Assembly (NCBI GenBank): GCA_950097015.1
Contig: CATNEN010000041.1
Location: 868,001-932,000 of the forward strand
DNA length: 64,000 nucleotides
Direction: 5' to 3'
Origin: Macrostomum hystrix
Taxonomy: Eukaryota > Animalia > Platyhelminthes
A model generated the notes under the pieces. The model was not told the origin of the DNA. It did not search any database and saw only the letters and a program-made list of their open reading frames with translations. The translations under genes and the position numbers were made by a program. Below are positions 51,968 through 62,840 of the stretch, piece after piece (position 1 is the first letter of the stretch; every line of letters begins with the position of its first letter).

Positions 51968-53206
51968 ATGGCGCACCTCTTCAGACGCCTGCCGTCAGTT
52001 CGCGTGACAGCGGCGGCTGCGGCTGCCCTTATCGGCACCGGAGCTGTCATCAGGAGCCGCAGCGCGACACGTTACGAGAATTCGCAGCCAGAAGCGGGAT
52101 TTCTCGCCACGAGGCAGCCGAGGCTGGCGGCCTGGGTCGGGTCCAGCACCTCTGCCGCAGCACCCGCCAGCGAGAAGCCGGAGGCACCCAGCAACTACCG
52201 GGAGCGAAGGTTCCTGGACTTCGCCTCCGTGGAGTTCGACGGCATAGCCTACATGACGCCGCAGGACTTTCTGGAGTCGGTGACGCAGGACCGACCGCGA
52301 AACAGGAAGCGGCGTCTTGTCCTATCGCAGTCGGAGTTATCCAGCGCACTCTACAAGACACCGTCGCGGTGGTGGGCGTCCAGCCAGCTGTTCCGCAGCA
52401 TGGGCAGCGAGGGCATCATTTCCTACGCCGAGTACCTGTTCCTTCTATGTATCCTGGCCAAGCCCAAGGCGGGCTTCGAGATCGCCTTCAAGATGCTGGA
52501 CCTGGCCAGGAACCAGCGCGTGGACAAGCGGGAGTTCAACGTGCTCAACAAAATGATGTCGCGGCAGCCAGGCGAGCTCGGGCCAGTCGACATGGACGAC
52601 ATGAGCGCCGTCCAGGACACGACCCTCATGCTGCATTTCTTTGGCCGTAGCGGCAACGACAAGCTGGACTTCAAGGAGTTTAGCAAGTTCATGAACAACC
52701 TGCAGACCGAAGTGCTGGAGATTGAGTTCGCCGAGTTCTCGCGCGGCCTTCAGACCATCTCGGAGAGCGAGTTCGCTCAGGTGCTGCTGAGGTACACGCA
52801 CCTGTCCGATGATAGCCAGCAGGTCTATCTGCAGCGAGTCAAGGAGAAACTGGTGCGCGAGGAGGGCATCAAGTTCGAGGATTTCAAGCTGTTCTTCCAG
52901 TTTCTGAACCATCTGGAGGACTTCACTATGGCGATGAAGATGTACTCGCTGGCTGGCCACTCCATCAGTCAGGAGGAGTTCCAGCGAGCTGTCAAAGCCT
53001 GCGTCGGCTACACCCTGGCGCCGCACCTGGTTGCCACCGTGTTCCTGCTGTTCGACAAGGACGACGATGGCCACCTGAGCTATCACGAGTTCCTCAGCAT
53101 CCTGAAGGACCGGCTGCGCGGCCTGAGCTCGCGCCCAGCCAGCGCGGACACCGCCATGGAGAAGTTCAAGAGATGCGTCGGGCAGCAGATGCGAGAGGAA
53201 AGCTGA
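51968..53206 (+). CDS. Mitochondrial calcium uptake protein, MICU2/MICU3-like; 412 aa, intronless CDS
   Basis: Arg/Ala-rich presequence; YMTPQDFLESV; GIISYAEYLFLLCIL; FEIAFKMLD; C-terminal EF-hand FDKDDDGHLSYHEF; probable 5' UTR intron from about 51808 to about 51954. Confidence 0.88.
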   Translation: MAHLFRRLPSVRVTAAAAAALIGTGAVIRSRSATRYENSQPEAGFLATRQPRLAAWVGSSTSAAAPASEKPEAPSNYRERRFLDFASVEFDGIAYMTPQDFLESVTQDRPRNRKRRLVLSQSELSSALYKTPSRWWASSQLFRSMGSEGIISYAEYLFLLCILAKPKAGFEIAFKMLDLARNQRVDKREFNVLNKMMSRQPGELGPVDMDDMSAVQDTTLMLHFFGRSGNDKLDFKEFSKFMNNLQTEVLEIEFAEFSRGLQTISESEFAQVLLRYTHLSDDSQQVYLQRVKEKLVREEGIKFEDFKLFFQFLNHLEDFTMAMKMYSLAGHSISQEEFQRAVKACVGYTLAPHLVATVFLLFDKDDDGHLSYHEFLSILKDRLRGLSSRPASADTAMEKFKRCVGQQMREES

Positions 53207-53499
53207 GCGGGTAGCTGAGCGGGTAGCTATCTAAATGACCCCTGAGCTGAGACGGTCAGAGCCTTGCACTTTTCGTTTGCTAACCTTCTAACTCAGTGAG
53301 AATTTGAGTCAGAATCTGATGGACAGACATTTCAGATAGTTTTTTGTCTTCGCCACAGCTATTTCTGTCTTCGTAATTGCTGAGCTTTTCCTTTTCGCCT
53401 GTTTCGTTTATTAGTGAGATTATATTTCGCAGCCTAAACCATTCTGTCAAGGCTTTGGTCAGGAATCTCCGAATTACCGAATCTCAAAGCGACCAAATC

Positions 53500-54068
53500 T
53501 TTCAATTCCCAAATTTCTGAAATCACGAATCTCCCGATTCCTGAATCTCCGAATTCCTGAATCTCCGGATTCCTGAATCTCAGGATTCCTGAATCTCCGA
53601 ATTCCTGAATCTCCGGATTCCTGAATCTCCGAATTCCTGAATCTCCGGATTCCTGAATCTCAGGATTCCTGAATCTCCGGATTCCTGAATCTCCGAATTC
53701 CTGAATCTCCGGATTCCTGAATCTCAGGATTCCTGAATCTCCGGATTCCCGAATCTCCGAATTCCTGAATCTCCGGATTCCTGAATCTCCGAATTCCTGA
53801 ATCTCCGGATTCCTGAATCTCCGGATTCCTGAATCTCCGGATTCCTGAATCTCCGAATTCCTGAATCTCCGGATTCCTGAATCTCCGAATTCCTGAATCT
53901 CCGAATTCCCGAATCTCTGAATCTCAAAATTACAGAATCTTTCAATTCCCAAATCTCTGAAATCCCGAATCTCCCGATTCCTGAATCTCAAAATTACTGA
54001 ATCTTTCAATTCCCAAATCTCTGAAATCCCGAATCTCCCGATTCCTGAATCTCCGAATTCCCGAATCT
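53500..54068. repeat. 16-bp minisatellite (CCTGAATCTCCGRATT)n
   Basis: Unit read directly; 16-aa periodic ORF on the minus strand. Confidence 0.95.
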
Positions 54069-55614
54069 CGCAATTGTTGACTCTGACTAAACTTTCGAAA
54101 TGGCTTTTATTTTGCTGTGTGGGCACCAGTTCAAAAAAAACTATTTTTAACCAGTGCAGACAAGTGCAGTGCTTCATTGCTTAACCATTGTATGATACAC
54201 TGGTATATTCATTGCAGTTTTCTACTCTCCTGCATAATCAGATATTTTATATTCTGCTGGCCTGACAAAGCTTCCTTGGGGTATCATTGACTCGTCTATT
54301 TAGTCTATTTAGTCTATTTAGTCTATTTAGTCTGTTTAGTTCTATAAAATGTAGGTAGTTTTTTATACAGCACAATTCAGCACTAATCCCATTTTAAATC
54401 AAATTCTACGGCTCGTATTTTAATCAGTTAGCTCACAGTAAATAAAATAAAGTGTAACCTGCTCACCAAGCTCTGCTGAGCAAGCTGCGGCTCTCGGCTA
54501 TCTGAGTTCTGCTCAAACTACCACCTGGCAGATTGAAAATTGCTATCTTTTTTTCCTTTGAACGTTAAGCAAACCAGTTGAAGAAATAAGTGTGAGGTCT
54601 TCAGAACAAGTCTTATCTCTCTGGCTTTCTTCTATCGAAATTGAAAAAACCTTTTATTTTTGCCGAAAAATTCGCCATTAACTGTTGTCTTTTTTAATTT
54701 TCGGGACTGCCATTGTAACGGCTTGTCACTCTGCCAGCCGCACAACGAAATTGACATTGTGTAACAATCGCTAATTAAAACGCTGGTTGCTATAGCAAAC
54801 TAACAAAAACTGAGTGAACTGTCAATCATATTCAATCTTCCAACAATGATCCAATTTTGAGTTGCTTTGCTCAGTATATAAAAAGTGCCCATTGGTCATG
54901 GCCGAGGCTCTGGGGGTCACGAGGGTCATAGGGTTGGACCAGTTTTTTCACAGCACTCCCACACACCACCTATTCAAATACGAACGCTCACAGGCTCACA
55001 GGCTCACAATTGATGAAGTTGGTAAAGAAAAAGGCTGTTTGCCCAATGTACTTTTAAGCAGAGTTCACCTTCAATTTATTTTCACACAGAATCTGCTAAT
55101 TCCAGAGGTCCTTCGTGATTTCTCGCCGACTAATGCATATGCAAAAAATACTGTTGTGAAATTTCTCTGCCGCAGTCATTTTGATCAACTCGATTTCCAT
55201 TTCAACTAATAAAGCCTACTAACAGTAGTGCAAAGCTTAAGGAAGTGCGAAGAATTGGAAGTGTCAAAGCTGCAAGTGAAACTACAGGGACCACGGATGC
55301 ATAGGGTAGTCGAACGTCAGCATTTGTCTATGGCCAATCCTCTTCCAGAGGCTTATTGGACGCACTGCATGTAGATTTCCAGTGAATTATCCTGTTGTCA
55401 AGTAGGAGGGTACAGTTTAAAGTGAGCACATCTGCCAGGTAATTAAAATAGAGATGCCTCGAACAAAATTCCCAGGTTTCCACAATGGAGTGGACCCTAC
55501 TCAGCTCTAGTTTGAGTTCTTAGCCAAGGTGGTGGAGGATCGGAGAACTGTGCATGATGCCACTGAAGCGTACAGCTTGTACAGTGGTCAGGGTAAACTG
55601 GCGATGCCGAGACT

Positions 55615-56617
55615 TCAGTCCTGCAGTCGAACCACCGCCGTGAACTGCGCCACCCTCGTTGTCTCGTCGTTGTCATCGAGCAGCGAATCCTCGCACGATG
55701 ACAATCGGAACTCCACTCGGAATGGGCCGAGGCGGGCCTCCGTTGGATTGAGCGGGCGGGTCATGGCCAGGAGCAGCCGGGAGCAGGTGGGTCATGGCCA
55801 GGAGCAGCCGGGAGCAGGTGGGTCATGGCCAGGAGCAGCCGGGAGCGGGCGGGTCATGGCCAGGAGCAGCCGGGAGCAGGTGGGTCATGGCCAGGAGCAG
55901 CCGGGAGCAGGTGGGTCATGGCCAGGAGCAGCCGGGAGCGGGCGGGTCATGGCCAGGAGCAGCCGGGAGCAGGTGGGTCATGGCCAGGAGCAGCCGGGAG
56001 CGGGCGGGTCATGGCCAGGAGCAGCCGGGAGCGGGGGGGTCATGGCCAGGAGCAGCCGGGAGCGGGGGGGTCATGGCCAGGAGCAGCCGGGAGCGCCTCC
56101 GAGACAGGCAGAACGAGTGGCTCTGGATGATCCAGCACAGCAGCCCGGGCTCGTTGAGTCGAACAAACTCGTACAGGCTGACCCGGCCGAATTGGCCGGC
56201 ACTGACAAGGCGGTGCAGGGCGGACACGAGCAGCGCCTCCTGCGCGGCCAGCAGCGTGTTGTTGAAGGGCAGCAGCGTGGCTCGGACACTGTCGCCCAGC
56301 GGCTGGATTTCGAATTCAGCCAGCACCAGGGGTGGGACCATCGGTGGCAGGCCGCAGCAGCTGGCACCGGCTGACGAGCGAGCGAATCTGTCGTAGGTGG
56401 CTCTGAAGGCCCTGTACCTCGAGGCCGGCACAATGAGGTGCAACGTCCGCGGATGCGCCTCGACGCTGACCTGATCTATCAGCCACGGCGGCGGCAACAA
56501 AGCAGGATACCCAGCGCAGGCCTCGCTGGAGGAGGCTGCGGTCACTGCTCCGGCAGGCAGCAACAGCAGCAGTTGCTGCAAGTTCGTCGTAATCTTCTGG
56601 GCAGCTGCTGGCAGCAT
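55615..56617 (-). pseudogene. Unknown protein (about 230 aa when the repeat is collapsed) interrupted by an exonic 31-bp expansion
   Basis: ORF from 56617 reads ...SRRRSRLLLAMT; one repeat unit would continue in frame as RPLNPTEARLGPFRVEF...VVRLQD-stop (55615); true start uncertain. Confidence 0.55.
55751..56094. repeat. 31-bp minisatellite, 11 copies
   Basis: TCATGG recurs every 31 nt from 55761 to 56071. Confidence 0.97.
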
Positions 56618-56767
56618 CGCGAGCTAGGATATTAATCCGAAAGAAGTGGCCTCGTGCGGCCGAAGCTTTTATGCGTCGGCAACTGCGCACTTGGCGATGG
56701 GCGACCGCGGCGCAGAAGCGGCTGGAGGAGCCGATTTCTCCAGCCGCCACCGCTCGTTTGTCCATCT

Positions 56768-57105
<338 letters not shown>

Positions 57106-57392
57106 TTAAGTCGAATTTCAAACGGAATTTCGCCGATTAAAATGAAATTCTCGTTATAGCAAGGTCAAATTTTGATTTTTAATTCATGCGAACAGCAGTG
57201 GCTTAGTGCAAAGCAATTTATTAAGTCTGAATTGAGGAAAAAAGCTTCCGGGACTCTTGACAATCGGCCTGCCGCTACCCTTCCTGGCATTCCGTATTTG
57301 AACTTTTTATTGGACTAAGCGGTAAAGAAAAAACAAAGCGCTGTCAGCTATCGGGATTTACAATAGAATTTACGAGCTAGCTTAGCATGACC

Positions 57393-57660
57393 TGTTAGAC
57401 AGGAGTGTTAGACAGGAGTGTTAGATGGAAGTGTTAGACAGCTATGTTAGATAGGAGTGTTAGACGGAATTGTTAGACAGCTATGTCTGGCAGGAGTGTT
57501 AGATGGAAGTGTTAGACAGGAGTGTTAGACAGGAGTGTTAGATGGAAGTGTTAGACAGCTATGTTAGATAGGAGTGTTAGACGGAATTGTTAGACAGCTA
57601 TGTCTGGCAGGTGTGTTAGACGGAAGTGTTAAACAGGAGTGTTAGACGGAAGTGTTAGAC
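57393..57660. repeat. Degenerate 13-14-bp repeat (GTGTTAGACAGGA family) with higher-order repetition
   Basis: Recurring TGTTAGAC/TGTTAGAT units; a block of about 120 bp is repeated. Confidence 0.85.
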
Positions 57661-57670
57661 AGAAGCAGTC

Positions 57671-58162
57671 TCAGTGGTGTCCCAGAGTGAGTGAGACAGG
57701 TCGCGTTATGTACGCCATGTGCATCACGAACCGGTCGGCAATCTGGAAGCAGTTCTCGGTGCCGAATTTCTCCAAAACGTTGCCAATGCAGTCACTAATT
57801 TTCGTCTCCCAGCGGGAGGACAGGCTGGCCCAGGTTCGATTCCGCGCCTCGCTGAGGGTGATGCGCACGAACTCGTCCCGGCAGTAGAACAGCTCGCTGC
57901 AGCCCTGCTCGGCAATGTCAAACTCCATGCTCTCCAGGGTGCGGCTGTGGCCCAAGGCGCTCACCCGGCCGAGGGCCCGACAGCTCAGGCCGGGCACGAC
58001 CGGCCGCAGCAGCAGGTAGCTTTGGTTCTCCGTCCGATGATTGATGATGTCCAAAGTCGGGATGTTCAGGCAATGCAGCTTCAGCCAGGTCACGTCAACT
58101 GTCGCGCCGTCAATGACGCAGGCAGTCATCAAAACCAGCGCGAGGGCTGCGAGACTTGCCAT
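57671..58162 (-). CDS. Unknown secreted protein, 163 aa, Cys-containing
   Basis: Signal peptide MASLAALALVLMTACVIDG; GC-rich coding-like sequence; no family recognised; the 3' end could be spliced. Confidence 0.6.
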   Translation of the reverse strand: MASLAALALVLMTACVIDGATVDVTWLKLHCLNIPTLDIINHRTENQSYLLLRPVVPGLSCRALGRVSALGHSRTLESMEFDIAEQGCSELFYCRDEFVRITLSEARNRTWASLSSRWETKISDCIGNVLEKFGTENCFQIADRFVMHMAYITRPVSLTLGHH

Positions 58163-58339
58163 TTACCGGTTCGATAGCAACTAGAATTGCTTTGGCCAGC
58201 TCTTGAATTCACCGACGTCACAGACTTCTACCGTAGAGAAGAATTTGACATTTTCTTTAAATAATATTCCCCACAAAAACGTCCTTCATTGATGCCGTCA
58301 AAGTGGTATTTTAAATACAGTCATTTGGCACGCAAGACA

Positions 58340-58521
58340 GTTTTTACCATAGACAGTGAGCAGAGAGGCTCTGAATGCAAGCACTTTTCATACTTTGGAT
58401 TCAACTGCGTGCTGGCATGCCTAACTACCGGTTTTTACCATAGACAGTGAGCAGAGAGGCTCTGAATGCAAGCACTTTTCATACTTTGCATTCAACTGCG
58501 TGCTGACAGGCCTAACTACCG
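58340..58521. repeat. 91-bp tandem duplication
   Basis: GTTTTTACCATAGACAGTGAGC...CCTAACTACCG twice. Confidence 0.92.
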
Positions 58522-58659
58522 TGCAAATTTTAGTAGCATTTCTTGATTTTCCACTCAAACACGCTACTCCCAGATTCATTTCTGAAGCTGCTTCATCAAA
58601 TCCCATGCGGTATTCCTCAAATGGCCAATTAATTACTCTCATGTTGACTTCTTCCTATG

Positions 58660-59090
58660 ACCAATTCTTCCCATTACCGATTCTTCCCATGACGCATTAT
58701 TCCCATGACCAATTCTTCCCATGACACATTAATTTGATAACGAATACTTCCAATTACCAACTTTTCCGATGACAAATTCTTCGCATGACCAATTCTTCCC
58801 ATCACTAATTCTACCCATTACAGATTCTTCGCATGACCAATTCTTCCCATCACTAATTCTACCCATTACAGATTCTTCGCATGACCAATTCTTCCCATCA
58901 CTAATTCTACCCATTACAGATTCTTCGCATGACCAATTCTTCCCATCACTAATTCTACCCATTACAGATTCTTCACGTGACCAATATTCTTCCCATGACC
59001 AATTCATTCCATGACAAATTCTTCGCATGACCAATTCTTCCCATGACCAATTCTTCTCATGACAAATTCTACCCATCACCGATTCTTTCC
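58660..59090. repeat. 16-bp-based repeat with a 48-bp higher-order unit in its centre
   Basis: TTCTTCGCATGACCAA/TTCTTCCCATCACTAA/TTCTACCCATTACAGA trimer repeated about 4 times at 58779-58980; monomer-like flanks. Confidence 0.9.
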
Positions 59091-59541
59091 ATGACATTTT
59101 GTTGTAAGAGACCATTTTCCATGGAAATGTTTTAATGACCAAATCTTTCTTAGATCTTTAATTACCTTTTCTTACGATTACAGCTTCGTCTTATGATCAA
59201 TTATTGGAACTTCCGATTCTCCTATTTTACGGGAAGAATATAGTTTCTTCTCTTCCTATCCAATTTCAATGACCCATTCTTCAAGCGGCCAATACCTTTC
59301 ACAACCGATTCCTTGAATGACCATATCTTCAGATGACCAATTCTTGTCATGATCGATTTTCTTATGACCAACTCTCCCGATGAGCTAACTCAACGAGACA
59401 AAGCTTTGTACTAGATCGAAAAAGCTGCCTTTTTTCAGCAGTCGTCAGGAATTCGGCTGTCAAACACCCAGCTGGTGTGACCCGCCCAGCTACAGCAGTT
59501 CCGGTGGGAGCCTCCCCGTCCTCAAATGCCTTGCAATGAGT

Positions 59542-59584
<43 letters not shown>

Positions 59585-59854
59585 GAGCAAACTGGGCAAA
59601 TATGCAAGCAGCCTAGAAGCCAGGTATTCTACAATGCTGTGCTAACTAAAATCTAGGAGGATTTTCGTTTCTCTGAGGCTGTCTTAGCCGCGCGATAAAA
59701 ATAATTTCACATCCCCGCAGTGCATAGCGAATGAGGACTGCTGTGGCATCTCACTTGTTTGAGTTAATGCGTGCAATGACTTTGAAGGCTGAAAGCCGAT
59801 GCGAAACAATTTCCTGATTCACAACCCATTTCGGAACACATTTTCGAAGCAGGT

Positions 59855-60215
59855 TCAGAGCAGATTCGGAACAAACTCGGAACAGATTCAGAATAGAATC
59901 GGAACACATTTTCGGAACATATTCAGGAACAGATTCGGAGCAGATTCAGAATAGATTCGGAACAAATTTTCGGAAAAGATACAGGAGCAGATTCGGAGCA
60001 GATTCAGAATAGATTCGGAACAAATTTTCGGAACAGATTCGGAGCAGATTCAGAATAGATTTGGAACAAATTTTCGGAACAGATTCGGAGCACTTCGGAG
60101 CATATTCGGAGCAGATTCGAAGCAGATTCGGAGCAGATTCGGAGCAGATTCGGAGCAGATTCGGAGCAGATTCGGAGCAGATTCGAAGCAGATTCGGAGC
60201 AGATTCGGAGCAGAT
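59855..60215. repeat. 11-bp minisatellite (GAGCAGATTCG)n with degenerate flanks
   Basis: Unit read directly. Confidence 0.9.
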
Positions 60216-62840
60216 TTCCTGTGTAGAAAACTTCAGCAGCCAACAAAAGTGGGCTGCACTTTCATGCGGGCCCATGCGCATTTTTATATTCATCCCCCCA
60301 CCCCCTGCACACGAAGCACTTTCGACGGACACTCATCCCCAAATGCGGCAGCTGTGCTTGGACAGACAATCGCCGACCCGCCCAGCAATCAATGCGGCAG
60401 AGCCAGGCGGCAGCGGAGAAAAGTGGAAACGGGTGCGCGAGCGGGTCGATTGCCGCGCCTCCGCCGAGCTGCCGGAAGCCGCCCCCAGCTGTGCCCCGTC
60501 CCGGGAATTCGACTCGATGCGCACTTTGGCCTCTGCTCGACCAGCATAGGAAGCGATTCACCAAGAAATCCTCAAATATGAGGAATTAGGGTTTGACTAA
60601 TCTGAATCGCCGCAGGAAGTTCAGTGACCTCCAGTTTGGTGGATTGACTGCACCTTCAGCTCGCTGCGGCCCCCTCCAGTTCTGTTGGATCTACCTCCAG
60701 GTGAAAACATGCGCCTCTATCCCCTGTAATTAAAGGCTCGCCACTGAGCCCCCCACTGCCTCCGCAGACCAAAACAGAAACCCATTAGCGGAAGGGCTGT
60801 AACATTTCGGAGGGTAAATCACGGCTGCGAGGGCCACAGGGGCAGCTGACGATGGCTTTTCAGGCGGCCCGCCATCGCTCAGCTTTGCAGGCCCCGCCGC
60901 ACGCAGCTTTACAGCCTCTGGGAGAGGGGGGCGGCGGGAGGGCGGTTGCGGCAGATTAAGATCGAAGCCGGGCGGCGACATTTCACCACCGCAGAGCCCG
61001 GGCCGCCATTGCCTATTGACCAGCGGTCTCCATGGGCTCGGCTGCCAAGGTGGAAGCAGCTGCGCAGCTTGTCTTTGAGCTCGGCCCGGCAGTTTCTAGG
61101 AAACAGACAGCGAAACATTGATTCGGTTCCCACACTCCATGGTTGAAGCCGAGTAGAACATGGGAAATTTGATATTACTTCGTACGATTGGGCGAATTTT
61201 CTAGCTTCTCGTCGGGGCTTTTCTGCTCGATATTTTTGTTGCTTTCGTGACGACGATGAAACAAATAGGATAAAAGTACTTTTTGAGGAATTTTCGCCCT
61301 CTAGATAAGTCAGAGCTTGAGAGTCATTATGGTGCTGCGTGATTGTGTGTCTGGGCATAAAACTCGCCCAGTGTATCTTAGCAACACAATTCTTAGTAGC
61401 CAAGCCTAGGCTGGTCCGGTGTTGCGCAAATCGAGTTTGTGTTCTGTGCCTTTCTGGTTACGCATGTTCACATTTGCGAGAAAAGAATGCTTTGAAATCT
61501 TTAAATAGCAGGCTGACTGGCTGTCAGGGCACATATTTTGCCCTGCCATCGTGTTCCGAGCTCAGCCTGCTAAATTACTCTGTAATTTAGCGCAGTTGGG
61601 ACACGGCCCCTTCTAATTGAACCGGCGCGATTAACATTGTGCAGAAATTTTTGGTATTTCAGTCAAGAACACTCACGGGGGACAGCACCTTCTGTTGATT
61701 CAGAGTGGGGGGATTGGTTCTACATTTCTCGTCCTTCGCCAAAAACTCTCTTCGTGTCTCTAAACGGCTGTCTCGGAGCGCCTGGCGATTGCCTATCGAT
61801 TTTCGCGCAAGTGCAGCGGGCCGCTGCTGCTCCTAATGCCAGCGCGCTCAGAAGCAGAACAGGCAGGACCTGGAAACTTCAGGCCCGCATCGCAATGCCT
61901 TTGAGACATGCAGGCACTGTTCTCACACAATCTTCTGCGACACTCACTGAGATTGCAGCGCATTAAACGAGCTGTGGCTGCTCTCTTAGCCGACGCACTT
62001 TCTTTTTGGACTTTCCTGAAAGTCCTTGCCAGTCGAGTTGACAGGCAAGAATGTCAAGAATGAACCAGCTGTCCGCTGTGACAGGGGCTGAATCATCGTC
62101 TAAAGCCGCATAAAATGAGCATTTGTGCGAGAACTTCAGCCGTCATTTTCCTGGGTCTCTTGGTAAGATTGCTGACGGAGTGTCAGTGTGACAGTGACAG
62201 CAGCTGACAGCTAACAAAGGCGCTGCTTTACCTGGAGGAGGTGGGCAGTCAGAGGATCTGGCTGAAACTGGGAGGGTACCAGCTGAAATTGTCGGCTGGA
62301 AGTTTTTGCTACCAAATGAGCCAGGAAAAGGAATGCAATGAGAGACGGAGTGCACAAACACGGATGGGTCCGGTAACCTTGGAGAGGGCTGGAAGTCTGA
62401 TCACTTTCCAACTGTCACCAACCAGCCGAAAATGAAGCTGCGGGCTTCGGTAAAAGACACGCAAACAACTTGGAGATGGAGTGGTGAAAGTTCGTTCTGG
62501 CACATGTCCAAATTGTATTTTTGCTATTTAAAACTCTTTGGTAACAATGAAAACGAGCGGTCGCACTTCGTGAAAAGCCGAAAAAATGCGCAGGATTTTG
62601 GTGCTGGATGGGTTGGGGTGGTAATACACATGGGGTATTTTCAGCTGGGCTTCTACTCGTAGTCTATAAGTAGCTCGTAGATGGCGAAGTTGCATGCAAA
62701 TGTTACTGTGTAGCTTGTGCACAGAAGCAAAGGAAGCAGAGCTTAAGCGAGAGCCGAAGGCAATAAGGAGGTCAGTGGCGCTGTACGTGGCATTGCTAAG
62801 TAATGTTGGGAGACAACAGGCAACGGGAAGTTGTGATTGG

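Noticed and set aside
59362-61146. GC-rich segments with overlapping ORFs on both strands, including a poly-Ala frame from a (GCA)n run
   Set aside because: No family motif and no consistent strand or splice model; may be exons of an unrecognised gene
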